From an uncultured Clostridia bacterium (GTDB lineage: Bacteria; Bacillota; Clostridia; Oscillospirales; Acutalibacteraceae), in the NCBI GenBank assembly GCA_937884975.1, contig CAKZZS010000023.1:73853-137852 (forward strand): 64,000 nucleotides of DNA, written 5' to 3'. Below are positions 10,333 through 19,829 of the stretch, in pieces. The number at the start of each line of letters is the position of its first letter. The first letter of the stretch is position 1. A program made the translations under genes and the position numbers. The notes under the pieces were generated by a model, which was not told where the DNA came from, made no database searches, and saw only the letters and a program-made list of their open reading frames with translations.

Positions 10333-13300
10333 ATGAAAAAAGTTCTTTCAATTTTACTTGTTTTTTGCTTAATTGCTAATATATTGCTATTATTTGTTTA
10401 CGCTGCTCCGTTTACTGACGAGATTTCCTTTGATAAGTTTACGGACGGTTTTGTTGCGGTTAAAAACAATTACGATAAAGAGTATATCGGAGATATTGTT
10501 ATTAAAAACGGAAAATCATATTACACTAAAAAAGGCGAGGTAATTCCGTTTAAGGATACCGAGGAGAAAATAAACATAAATGATACGAGTGATGATATCC
10601 CGATAGAGGTTTTCGAAGGTATCTTCAGCGAGCAGGATTTTGTGAAATCGGAAAAAGTCTCGGTAAAGGAATATGCCGAGGAGTTGGGATTTAAAATAAA
10701 GGTCAAGGATGACGAAACAGTTATTAAAAATCCCTATCAGACAAACAGACTTATTGTTAAATCAAAGTACAGTATTAACTGTCTTGACGCTGTAGAGGTT
10801 GTTGAGGGTTATAATGATTTACATATAGTTCAGTTTGATGATCTTGAGAGTACTCTTGACGCACTTGAGTATTATGAAAATAACTTACTGGTTGATTATG
10901 TTGAGCCTGACCTTGTTATGAAGGTTCAGACTACTATGCCTCGTTACAATAACCATTTTTCCTGGGGTTCAAATTACATTGGAATTGATGAATATGTTGA
11001 CTCTTTTGACGGAAATCTTGACTCCTTTTATGATGTTACAGTCGGTGTAATAGATACCGGCATTGACTATAACCATGAACTGTTACTCGACAGAGTTGAA
11101 CGCACCTATTTTAACGCAAGCGGATCGGGTAATGCGGATGACGAATATGACGACCACGGTCACGGTACACATGTTGCCGGCATAGTTTTTGACAATACCT
11201 CCGACAACGTAAAAATTCGCGCTTACAAATGTCTTGATGACACGGGATACGGACCGCTTTCCAGTGTAGTTCTCTGTATGGAAAAGGCTATTGAAGACGG
11301 TGTAGATATTATCAATATGAGCCTTTCTGAAGAGGGTACTTCCGATGTTATGGCTGATACGGTACAGACCGCTATAAATAACGGAATAACTGTTTGCGTG
11401 GCTGCCGGTAACGATTCCGATGATGCTGCAAACTATACGCCTGCGAATATCCACGCCTGCGTCACGGTTGGAGCCTTGGATCCGCTGTTGGGGACTGTTA
11501 CTGACTATCATCTTGCATCATTCTCTAACTACGGTTCCTGCGTTGATGTTGTAGCACCCGGAAAAACTATCGGAAGCACCTTTACGGGAAATACATATCA
11601 AACTTTGAATGGTACGTCAATGGCATGTCCCTTTGTTTCTGCCGCATTTGCAATGTTCCTCTCGTATGACAACACTCTTACGACCGATGAAATGATGACA
11701 ATAATGAGAGAGCATAAGAGAACGGACTGGAGGTATGACAGCGCTACTCCCGTATCGAGTGCCTTTGCGGTATATATCGGCGGATATATTTTCTCTATAC
11801 CTCATACAAAACAACCGGAATTCAGCGTCCCCGAGGGAGTTTATTCCAATAATGTCACTCTTGCAATTACCTGTCCCGAAGAGACCGGTGCAAATATTTA
11901 TTACCTTCTCAACGATGACGGAAGTAATGAAAATATTACTCAAAGAGGTACTCTTTATACAGAACCCTTTGTTTTAAGACAAACGACTACGGTTAAAGCA
12001 GTTGCCATTTGCGGTGACAAGCTTGAAAGCGAAGCGGTTACTGCTACATATACAATTAACAAAAATTATAATAATCCGAATGAAGCCTATTACATAATTG
12101 ATGAGAATGGGTATATATCTCTTTATGACGGTCCCGAGACAGATGTAGTTGTTCCAGACTCTGTTGACGGGAAAAAAGTTGTCGGAATTAAAGATGGAGG
12201 CGCTTTTAAGGATAATAGCACTATAAGATCCGTTGTTTTGCCTTCAACCTGTACCTATATTGGTTCTGACTCTTTCAGAAACTGCTCTAATCTTGTCGAA
12301 ATAAGCGGTGAGGGAGTAGATACAATTCATTTCAACGCCTTTGACTGTTGTACCTCTTTGACCGATGTTGATTTTGAAAACCTTTCAATAATCAGGAATT
12401 ACGGGTTTTATAAATGCAATAATCTTTCAAACATAAGTTTTGACGGTGTGACATATTTAGGAAAATATGCTTTGAGTTATTGTAACATGATAACCGAGGT
12501 GAGCAGCGATACTATCACAAATGTCAGCGATTATTCATTTTATTATATGAATGGATTAAATACGGTAAATCTTCCGAATGTTACAAATATTTCTAAAGGC
12601 TGTTTTTCATACTGCAATAATCTTAAAAATATTAACTTACCTAAAGTTACAAATCTTGATTCAAAGGCATTTGAAAAATGTATTGCTCTTGAAAAAATAT
12701 TTTTGCCTAAACTTAAAACTATGGACTCCGGAGGATATCAGTTTTCGGAATGCAATATGTTATCCGAGGTTGATTTTCCGAATTTTACGGGCTCTATTTT
12801 CGGCTATTGTTTTAATAATGATACCAGTCTGAGCGTTGTAAAGCTTCCAAAAGCGTATGCGTCTTATAATTACTCCTTTAAAGGTTGCAATAATCTTTCA
12901 ATGCTTTATATTCCAAAGGCTAAATACATTCACGCTTTAGCCTTCTGGAAGTTAGCGACGGACAGTTACAATGACAAGGAGTTTGTTATTTTTGCTCCTA
13001 ATCTTGTTTGGTTAAAGAGTGTTCCGTGTTATACTGACGTTAAGGTTTTCTGCTCGGAAAAGCTTATCACAATTACAAATGCGGACTTAAACGATAATGT
13101 TATTCCCATTTCGTTTTATGCTCCTTCGGGCTCTACTGCTCAAACCTATGCCGAAGAGCAAGGCTTTAACTTTACCGACAGTTATAACCTTACTAATGAT
13201 GTGCTTGAAACTGTTGAATTACGGATGGACGGTATCAGGTTTTCTTCTAAATGGGACGATCCGTTCGGATTAAATGAATATGCGAACGCAATTTCGTATG

Positions 13301-13758
13301 GGTTCGAATATACCGTTGGTGAAGAAAGCTATACTGTAGAAGCAACTAATATTTTAGAAAACTCAAATAATGATGTCAGCTTTAATCTGGTGATAAGTGA
13401 AATTCCGAACGATAAAGTTAAAGAAACAATTAAGGTTCAAACCGTAGTTACCGTTGACGGTATGATTTTCAAAAAATCGGATAGACAAACAACTTACTTT
13501 GAATTAGCAAGAGATCCTGTTTACAGAGGCGGCTTAAATATGAAAGAGGATTTCTTACTTAACGATGAAGATATTCAAAAGCTTATTGATTTGTCAATAG
13601 GCGTTACCGATCCGTCTTCAATAGATAATTTCTCGTTATGTGATATCAACAGCGACGGAGTAATTGACGGATTTGATGTCTCGTTATATGATAAGTCTAT
13701 AAAAGAGTATTGTCGTACTTTACCTTCGGATAATTTTGTTTCTTACACAATAGCCTAA
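10333..13758 (+). CDS. secreted subtilisin-like (S8) serine protease with propeptide, BspA-type leucine-rich repeats and a C-terminal dockerin-like module
   Basis: Signal peptide MKKVLSILLVFCLIANILLLFVYA. Catalytic triad strings VIDTGID, HGHGTHVAG and GTSMACPFVS. LRR_5-like repeats (F..C..L..I.LP). C-terminal CDINSDGVIDGFDVSLYD. Confidence 0.85.
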   Translation: MKKVLSILLVFCLIANILLLFVYAAPFTDEISFDKFTDGFVAVKNNYDKEYIGDIVIKNGKSYYTKKGEVIPFKDTEEKININDTSDDIPIEVFEGIFSEQDFVKSEKVSVKEYAEELGFKIKVKDDETVIKNPYQTNRLIVKSKYSINCLDAVEVVEGYNDLHIVQFDDLESTLDALEYYENNLLVDYVEPDLVMKVQTTMPRYNNHFSWGSNYIGIDEYVDSFDGNLDSFYDVTVGVIDTGIDYNHELLLDRVERTYFNASGSGNADDEYDDHGHGTHVAGIVFDNTSDNVKIRAYKCLDDTGYGPLSSVVLCMEKAIEDGVDIINMSLSEEGTSDVMADTVQTAINNGITVCVAAGNDSDDAANYTPANIHACVTVGALDPLLGTVTDYHLASFSNYGSCVDVVAPGKTIGSTFTGNTYQTLNGTSMACPFVSAAFAMFLSYDNTLTTDEMMTIMREHKRTDWRYDSATPVSSAFAVYIGGYIFSIPHTKQPEFSVPEGVYSNNVTLAITCPEETGANIYYLLNDDGSNENITQRGTLYTEPFVLRQTTTVKAVAICGDKLESEAVTATYTINKNYNNPNEAYYIIDENGYISLYDGPETDVVVPDSVDGKKVVGIKDGGAFKDNSTIRSVVLPSTCTYIGSDSFRNCSNLVEISGEGVDTIHFNAFDCCTSLTDVDFENLSIIRNYGFYKCNNLSNISFDGVTYLGKYALSYCNMITEVSSDTITNVSDYSFYYMNGLNTVNLPNVTNISKGCFSYCNNLKNINLPKVTNLDSKAFEKCIALEKIFLPKLKTMDSGGYQFSECNMLSEVDFPNFTGSIFGYCFNNDTSLSVVKLPKAYASYNYSFKGCNNLSMLYIPKAKYIHALAFWKLATDSYNDKEFVIFAPNLVWLKSVPCYTDVKVFCSEKLITITNADLNDNVIPISFYAPSGSTAQTYAEEQGFNFTDSYNLTNDVLETVELRMDGIRFSSKWDDPFGLNEYANAISYGFEYTVGEESYTVEATNILENSNNDVSFNLVISEIPNDKVKETIKVQTVVTVDGMIFKKSDRQTTYFELARDPVYRGGLNMKEDFLLNDEDIQKLIDLSIGVTDPSSIDNFSLCDINSDGVIDGFDVSLYDKSIKEYCRTLPSDNFVSYTIA

Positions 13759-13900
13759 TTTAAAGACTTATAAACTTATTAAATAGGTGAAAAATCTACT
13801 TTAAGTAGACCTGATTTTTCTCATTTTAATTGAAAAGATACTTACGAAATATTAAAATATTTTCGGACGTTATAATTTGTATTTTATTGGTGGTGCAGGA

Positions 13901-16900
13901 ATGAAAAGAATAATTGCCGTATTGCTTTCGGTATGTCTTTTATTGAATATATTGCCGTTATTTACCTTTGCCGTTCCTATGACAAAGGAAATTACGCTTG
14001 ATGAGTTCGCAAAAAAGCTTAAGACAATTCAGGAAAAGTATGATAATGAATATGCAGGCGAAATTGTAATTAAAGACGGCGAGAGTACATACGACCTTGA
14101 CGGCGAAGAGGTCAAAATTACCGATGAAAGCGGAAAAACGGCAACAGCGCAGGTAAACGACGGTGAAATTGAAATTCCGTCTTCTGTTCTTGAAGAAAAC
14201 TGCGTTGAAAGCAATTCTCTTAAAAAGAAAGCAAAGAAATCCGCTTCAACGAAGGATTTATCCGACTACGCGGAAGAGCTCGGCTTTGAAATAACCGTTG
14301 ACAATGAAACTGCTGTTCTTTCCCAGCCTTACCAGACCCACAGACTTATTGTAAAATCCGAATTTAACATAAATACCCTTGACTCTGTTGCTTCGGTCGA
14401 AGGGTATAACGGACTGCACATTCTGCAGTTTGACGACCTTGAAAGCACACTTTCTGCACTTGAATACTACAAGGGATTAAATACAGTCGAATATGTTGAA
14501 CCCGACTCGGTAATGGCAGTTTGCGATTACGAAGGGGAGGCAGGAGTTTCCTCTTACGGCTGGCATCAGTCCTGGGGAAGCACTTATGTAGAATATGACG
14601 CTTTTATTGAAACATTAGTTGACACGTCGGTTAGTCCTATTGACACGTCAAATCTTCCGCAGATAGTTGTTGCTGTTGTGGATTCGGGAATAGAACTGAC
14701 CCACGACTTTTTACAGGGAAGAATAATTCCAACGGGCTTTAATGTTTCACTTTCAGGTGACAGTAATTCCGAAAACGACGACCACGGTCACGGAACTCAC
14801 GTTGCAGGAATAGTAGTTGACAATACAACCGATAACGTAATGGTAAGCGGATACAAATGCCTTGACGATACGGGATACGGTCCGCTTTCAAGCGTATGCG
14901 CTTGCGTTGATAAGGCAGTTGAGGACGGAGTAAACATAATCAACCTCTCCTTAAGCGAAGAGGGTTGGTCGGATTTGATGAACGAATCCGTACAAAACGC
15001 TAAAAATCACGGAATTACCGTAATAGCTGCAGCAGGAAATGACGCTGTTGACGCGAGCACCTGTAACCCTGCGAATATTGACGAATGTATAACAGTTGCG
15101 GCAATGCAACAGACGAATACGGGCTACTCTATGGCAGCGTTTTCGAACTGGGGAGACGTTGTTGACATAATCGCACCCGGTAAAACGATAGGCAGCAGCT
15201 TTTTGAATAATTCAATGCAGTCGCTTGACGGAACCTCTATGGCGGCTCCCTTTGTCGCCGCGGCTTGCGCGCTTTTACTGTCAGAGGATACGACAAGAAC
15301 AACTGATGATATGTTAGCCTATTTTACGGCTAATACAAAGACAAATTGGACAAAGCCCACTGCGGTTGATTCCATTCCGATATGTCTTTGTAACTGCGTT
15401 GCGTTGCATATGGGAACAAATTCGGGTTCAGTCGAGATACGCACAGCAAAGCCTGTTTTCAGTGAAATGTGCGGAGATTATGAAAACGTGGTAACGGTAA
15501 CAATTACATGTCCCGAAGAAGCGGAGATTTACTATACCACAAACGGAAGAGTGCCAACGGAAAGCTCAAAGGGTACATTGTATAGCGGACCTCTGACATT
15601 CAGAAAACCGACCGGACTTTACGCAATAGCTGTTGCTGACGGTAAGCAGATAAGCCTTGCAAGATACGCTTATTATAAAATCACCACAACGGAAATAACC
15701 GAGGATAACTTTGTTGTAAACGACAACGGATATCTTACGTCCTTTATAGGTACCTCTACGGATATTACCGTACCCGAAAAAGTGAGAGGGATTACGGTAA
15801 CGGGTATTGCCTCTTCTGCATTCAGCAGTAATAAGAATATTGTCAACATCAGCTTGCCCGATACCGTGAAAACCATTGAAGCAAACGCTTTTAAAAGCTG
15901 TTCCGATTTGGAAAACGTAACGGGTAACGGTATTATTTCCGTCGGGAATCATGCGTTTAGTAATTGCTCAAGTTTAAGGAGTTTAGGCAACCCGAAAATA
16001 ATCAGTGTAGGCGAATTTGCTTTCAGCGGCTGCAATGAGCTTGCAGATTTTGACTTTTCTGCGCTTACAACCGTGAAACAGTATGCGTTTCAAAACTGTC
16101 GTCTTATAAAAAGCATAGTGAACGACAAATTAACGTATATCAACGAAGGCGCGTTTAAAAATATGACGGCGCTTGAAACAGTTGATTTGAGTAATGTAAC
16201 CGGTATCGCACAGCGCGGCTTTGACAGCTGTACAAAATTATACAGCGTTAATTTGCCTAAGGTTGCAAGCTTATACGGTTATGCTTTTTATAATTGCAAG
16301 GCGCTGGAAAGCATTTGTCTGCCGAGCCTTAAAAACCTTTATTCCGGATACCAGTTTTCAAATTGCTCTGTTTTAAAAACTGTTGATTTTCCCGAGTTTA
16401 CGGGAAAGCTGCAGGCTTCTCACGCGTTCTGGTCAAGTCCCGTTGAAAGTCTTAATCTTCCCAAGGCTACAAGTATTACGGGTCAGTACTGCTTTAAGGC
16501 TGATAGCCTGAAAGTACTTTACATTCCGAATGTTGTTTCAATTTCTTCGGGAGTTTTCAGCGGCTCGGATTTGGAAAGCGTCAACTGCTGTGTATTTGCG
16601 CCAAAGGCTCAAACAATTGAAGCCCTGCCCGTCAGAAACGACCTTACGCTTTACTGTACCGAAGCTTTGACTGCTTTGCCCGAAGAATACTCAGGCGGTG
16701 TTGCGGTCGTGGCACCGTTAGGCTCTTACGGTGAAAGCTGGGCCGAAGATAATAATCAGGATTTTATTGACTGTTATTCTTTGGCGGCTTCCAATGAGGA
16801 AACTGTCGCAGTTTGTAATGACGGATTAAGGTTCAGTTACCGTTTCCCGGCTTCTGCTTCTGATTTTATGTTAAACAGCTATATCAACGAAATCTCTTAC

Positions 16901-17350
16901 GGCTTTGAATATACAATTGACGGCGTTTCGTATTCCGTCGAAGCCGAAAATGTTGAAAATGGTTACTTTAATCTTGTTGTTTCCGATATTCCCGTAAATA
17001 AGGTAAATGAGACAATTACGGTTCAGCCCGTGATAAATATTGACGGAATGACATTTAAAAGAGTGGCAAAATCAGCCACATACAGCGGAAAAATGCAGTC
17101 AAACGCTTTAAAGAAACTGGACAGTAATATTGACGGAATAATCAACAATGAAGATATAGAGCTTATTACTGATGTTTCATTAGGCTTAATAGACCCTTCA
17201 ACGCTCTCTTCAAACATTTTTCAAAGAATTGACAGAAACGGTGACGGAGTTGTTGACGGATTTGATATCTCAAAATATGATAGAGATTTGTATGATTATG
17301 ACTGCTTTGTATTTACTAATGACAATATAGTTTCTTATCCGACGGCATAA
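13901..17350 (+). CDS. secreted S8 serine protease-LRR-dockerin protein, tandem paralog of 10333..13758
   Basis: Signal peptide MKRIIAVLLSVCLLLNILPLFTFA. Triad strings VVDSGIE, HGHGTHVAG and GTSMAAPFVA. Shares strings with its neighbour (YKCLDDTGYGPLSSV, ISYGFEYT). Dockerin-like repeats DSNIDGIINNEDIELI and DRNGDGVVDGFDISKYD. Confidence 0.85.
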   Translation: MKRIIAVLLSVCLLLNILPLFTFAVPMTKEITLDEFAKKLKTIQEKYDNEYAGEIVIKDGESTYDLDGEEVKITDESGKTATAQVNDGEIEIPSSVLEENCVESNSLKKKAKKSASTKDLSDYAEELGFEITVDNETAVLSQPYQTHRLIVKSEFNINTLDSVASVEGYNGLHILQFDDLESTLSALEYYKGLNTVEYVEPDSVMAVCDYEGEAGVSSYGWHQSWGSTYVEYDAFIETLVDTSVSPIDTSNLPQIVVAVVDSGIELTHDFLQGRIIPTGFNVSLSGDSNSENDDHGHGTHVAGIVVDNTTDNVMVSGYKCLDDTGYGPLSSVCACVDKAVEDGVNIINLSLSEEGWSDLMNESVQNAKNHGITVIAAAGNDAVDASTCNPANIDECITVAAMQQTNTGYSMAAFSNWGDVVDIIAPGKTIGSSFLNNSMQSLDGTSMAAPFVAAACALLLSEDTTRTTDDMLAYFTANTKTNWTKPTAVDSIPICLCNCVALHMGTNSGSVEIRTAKPVFSEMCGDYENVVTVTITCPEEAEIYYTTNGRVPTESSKGTLYSGPLTFRKPTGLYAIAVADGKQISLARYAYYKITTTEITEDNFVVNDNGYLTSFIGTSTDITVPEKVRGITVTGIASSAFSSNKNIVNISLPDTVKTIEANAFKSCSDLENVTGNGIISVGNHAFSNCSSLRSLGNPKIISVGEFAFSGCNELADFDFSALTTVKQYAFQNCRLIKSIVNDKLTYINEGAFKNMTALETVDLSNVTGIAQRGFDSCTKLYSVNLPKVASLYGYAFYNCKALESICLPSLKNLYSGYQFSNCSVLKTVDFPEFTGKLQASHAFWSSPVESLNLPKATSITGQYCFKADSLKVLYIPNVVSISSGVFSGSDLESVNCCVFAPKAQTIEALPVRNDLTLYCTEALTALPEEYSGGVAVVAPLGSYGESWAEDNNQDFIDCYSLAASNEETVAVCNDGLRFSYRFPASASDFMLNSYINEISYGFEYTIDGVSYSVEAENVENGYFNLVVSDIPVNKVNETITVQPVINIDGMTFKRVAKSATYSGKMQSNALKKLDSNIDGIINNEDIELITDVSLGLIDPSTLSSNIFQRIDRNGDGVVDGFDISKYDRDLYDYDCFVFTNDNIVSYPTA

Positions 17351-17365
17351 AAGTGAAAAAATAAG

Positions 17366-17399
17366 AAAAAGCCTGTCCTTTCGGACAGGCTTAAATTTT
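17366..17399. terminator. bidirectional rho-independent terminator between convergent genes
   Basis: GCCTGTCC-TTTC-GGACAGGC flanked by an A-run upstream and T-rich sequence downstream. Confidence 0.75.
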
Positions 17400-17408
17400 A
17401 ATAATGAC

Positions 17409-18407
17409 TTATTTCATAGCCTCTTCGACTGCAACTGCAACTGCAACCGTAGCGCCGACCATGGGGTTGTTACCCATACCGATAAGTCCCATCATTTCAA
17501 CGTGAGCAGGAACTGATGAGGAGCCTGCAAACTGGGCGTCTGAATGCATTCTGCCCATTGTGTCCGTCATACCGTAGCTTGAGGGGCCTGCAGCCATATT
17601 GTCGGGGTGGAGCGTTCTGCCCGTGCCGCCGCCGGAAGCTACCGAGAAATAGTTTACGCCGTTTTCAACGCACCATTTCTTATAAGTGCCTGCAACGGGA
17701 TGCTGGAAGCGTGTCGGATTAGTTGAGTTACCGGTAATCGAAACGCCTACGTTTTCAAGCTTCATTATTGCAACGCCCTCGGGAACGTTGTCAGCGCCGT
17801 AGCACTTAACGTCAGCTCTGGGTCCCTTTGAGAAGGGGATTTCCTTTGTGACGGTAACTGTTTCCGAATAGGGGTCGAATTCGGTTTCGCAATAGGTGAA
17901 GCCGTTGATTCTTGAAATAATATAAGCGGCGTCCTTGCCAAGACCGTTGAGGATAACTCTTAAGTTCTTTTCACGAACCTTGTTTGCGTTGAGAGCGATT
18001 TTAATAGCGCCTTCGGCAGCTGCAAAGCTTTCGTGACCGGCAAGGAAGCAGAAGCATTCCGTCTCTTCGCTCAAAAGCATTTTGCCCAAGTTTCCGTGGC
18101 CGAGACCGACCTTACGGTTTTCGGCAACAGAACCGGGAATGCAGAAGGACTGCAGACCGATACCGATAGCCGCAGCCGCGTCGGCAGCCTTTGTGCAACC
18201 GCTCTTAATAGCGATAGCTGCGCCGACAGTGTAAGCCCACTTTGCGTTTTCAAAGCAAATAGGCTGGGTTTCCTGAACAATTGTATAAGGGTCAATGCCC
18301 TTTGAAGCACAAATATCCTTGCACTCGTCAATGGAGGAGATACCGTACTTTTTCAGGGTTTCGAGGATTTTTGCCTCACGTCTTTCGTAACCTTCAAACT
18401 GTGCCAT
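17409..18407 (-). CDS. GGGtGRT family protein (conserved, function unknown)
   Basis: 332 aa. Contains the literal family signature VASGGGTGRTLHPDNMAAGPSSYGM. Confidence 0.8.
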   Translation of the reverse strand: MAQFEGYERREAKILETLKKYGISSIDECKDICASKGIDPYTIVQETQPICFENAKWAYTVGAAIAIKSGCTKAADAAAAIGIGLQSFCIPGSVAENRKVGLGHGNLGKMLLSEETECFCFLAGHESFAAAEGAIKIALNANKVREKNLRVILNGLGKDAAYIISRINGFTYCETEFDPYSETVTVTKEIPFSKGPRADVKCYGADNVPEGVAIMKLENVGVSITGNSTNPTRFQHPVAGTYKKWCVENGVNYFSVASGGGTGRTLHPDNMAAGPSSYGMTDTMGRMHSDAQFAGSSSVPAHVEMMGLIGMGNNPMVGATVAVAVAVEEAMK

Positions 18408-18425
18408 TAGTAATTCCTCCTTCTA

Positions 18426-19121
18426 TTATTCTTTTCTCGGGTCAATGTACTTTGCGGCTTCGTTGAATCTGCCGTAAGTACCGAGTGACTTTTCATAAGC
18501 CTCGTTGGGAGACATACCCTTTTTAATGAAGTCTGTCATCTTGCCGAGCGAAATAAACTCATAGCCGATAACCTCGTCATTTTCGTCAAGAGCCATTCTT
18601 GTGCAATAGCCCTCGGTCATTTCAAGGTAACGAACGCCCTTTGCCTTTGTGCCGTACATTGTACCGACCATTGAGCGGAAGCCCTTGCCGAGGTCCTCCA
18701 TACCGGCGCCGACAACAAGACCGTCATCCGAGAAAGCGGACTGTGTTCTGCCGTAGACTATCTGAAGGAAAAGCTCTCTCATAGCGGTGTTGATAGCGTC
18801 ACAGACAAGGTCCGTATTAAGCGCTTCAAGAACCGTTTTGCCGGGAAGAATTTCAGCAGCCATAGCAGCCGAATGAGTCATACCCGAGCAACCGACGGTT
18901 TCAACGAGAGCCTCTTCAATAATGCCGTCTTTAACGTTAAGTGAAAGCTTGCAGGCACCCTGCTGAGGCGCGCACCAGCCAACGCCGTGAGTATAACCTG
19001 AAATATCGGTAATCTGTTTTGCTTCAATCCATTTACCTTCTTCAGGAATCGGCGCAGGTCCGTGATGAGGACCTTTTTTAACGCAGCACATTTCTTCAAC
19101 TTCATGTGAATAGTTAATCAT
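18426..19121 (-). CDS. NifU/IscU-like N-terminal domain protein (putative Fe-S scaffold-like), partner of the GGGtGRT gene
   Basis: 231 aa. Cys-containing strings GVGWCAPQQGACKLSL and VETVGCSGMTHSAAMAAEIL. Lies 18 nt upstream of the GGGtGRT gene on the same strand. Confidence 0.55.
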   Translation of the reverse strand: MINYSHEVEEMCCVKKGPHHGPAPIPEEGKWIEAKQITDISGYTHGVGWCAPQQGACKLSLNVKDGIIEEALVETVGCSGMTHSAAMAAEILPGKTVLEALNTDLVCDAINTAMRELFLQIVYGRTQSAFSDDGLVVGAGMEDLGKGFRSMVGTMYGTKAKGVRYLEMTEGYCTRMALDENDEVIGYEFISLGKMTDFIKKGMSPNEAYEKSLGTYGRFNEAAKYIDPRKE

Positions 19122-19323
19122 AAATGCGAACTCCTTTATTTTATTGATAAAAATTTACCGAAATTATTATACAACTTAAAAGCATAAAATATCAATAGTA
19201 AATATATAATAAAAATTTATATTTACTGAAATTTTTTGCGACAAAATCTACTATTGCGTTAAATTGACATTTGTTTTTTATTAAAGTATAATGAACAAAA
19301 AAAGATATAAAGAGGTCTTAAAT

Positions 19324-19746
19324 ATGAAAAAGGCTATAATTATTGCGGCAGCTGTAATCGTTGCGGCTGCGGTTGCGGTGACGGTTTATTTCGTTTGGTT
19401 CAAAAAACCCGAAATAAAGGTTGACACACCCACAAGTCAGGCAAACGGCGCCGAGCAGTTCGAAAGCGTAAGTAATGAGGAAACCAAAAACAGCTCGGGC
19501 TCAATTGTCGGAGTCTGGGTCGGAGCCACGGACGGCGAGTTCTATTATTCTTTCAATGCGGACAAAACCGGTTCCTTTACAATGGGAGACGAGATAAAGA
19601 CCTTTAAGTATAAGGATAAGGGCGATACGGTAGTTATTACCTTTGACGGAAACTCAAAGGAGCACGAATATAAGTACACGATTGAAAATAACGTGCTCAC
19701 CATTGAAAACGATTACGGCGTTACTGAAAAATATAACTGGAAATAA
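19324..19746 (+). CDS. small N-terminally anchored or secreted beta-rich protein (lipocalin-like DUF fold suspected)
   Basis: MKKAIIIAAAVIVAAAVAVTVYFVWF anchor after RBS AAAGAGG. C-terminal GVWVG...YSFNADKTGSF...YKYTIENNVLTI. Confidence 0.6.
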   Translation: MKKAIIIAAAVIVAAAVAVTVYFVWFKKPEIKVDTPTSQANGAEQFESVSNEETKNSSGSIVGVWVGATDGEFYYSFNADKTGSFTMGDEIKTFKYKDKGDTVVITFDGNSKEHEYKYTIENNVLTIENDYGVTEKYNWK

Positions 19747-19829
19747 AAAGAACGGAGAAAAGATAATTGTCGGGACTGTTGAGCAAATTGAACGGGAGCA
19801 TTCCCTCTGATCCTCTCGGCGAGGGTGAT

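Noticed and set aside
13796-13830. Weak hairpin TCTAC-TTTAA-GTAGA plus T-run between the two S8 genes as a terminator
   Set aside because: The stem is only 5-7 bp and AT-rich with a tiny loop. This is insufficient to call, so the two genes may or may not be co-transcribed.
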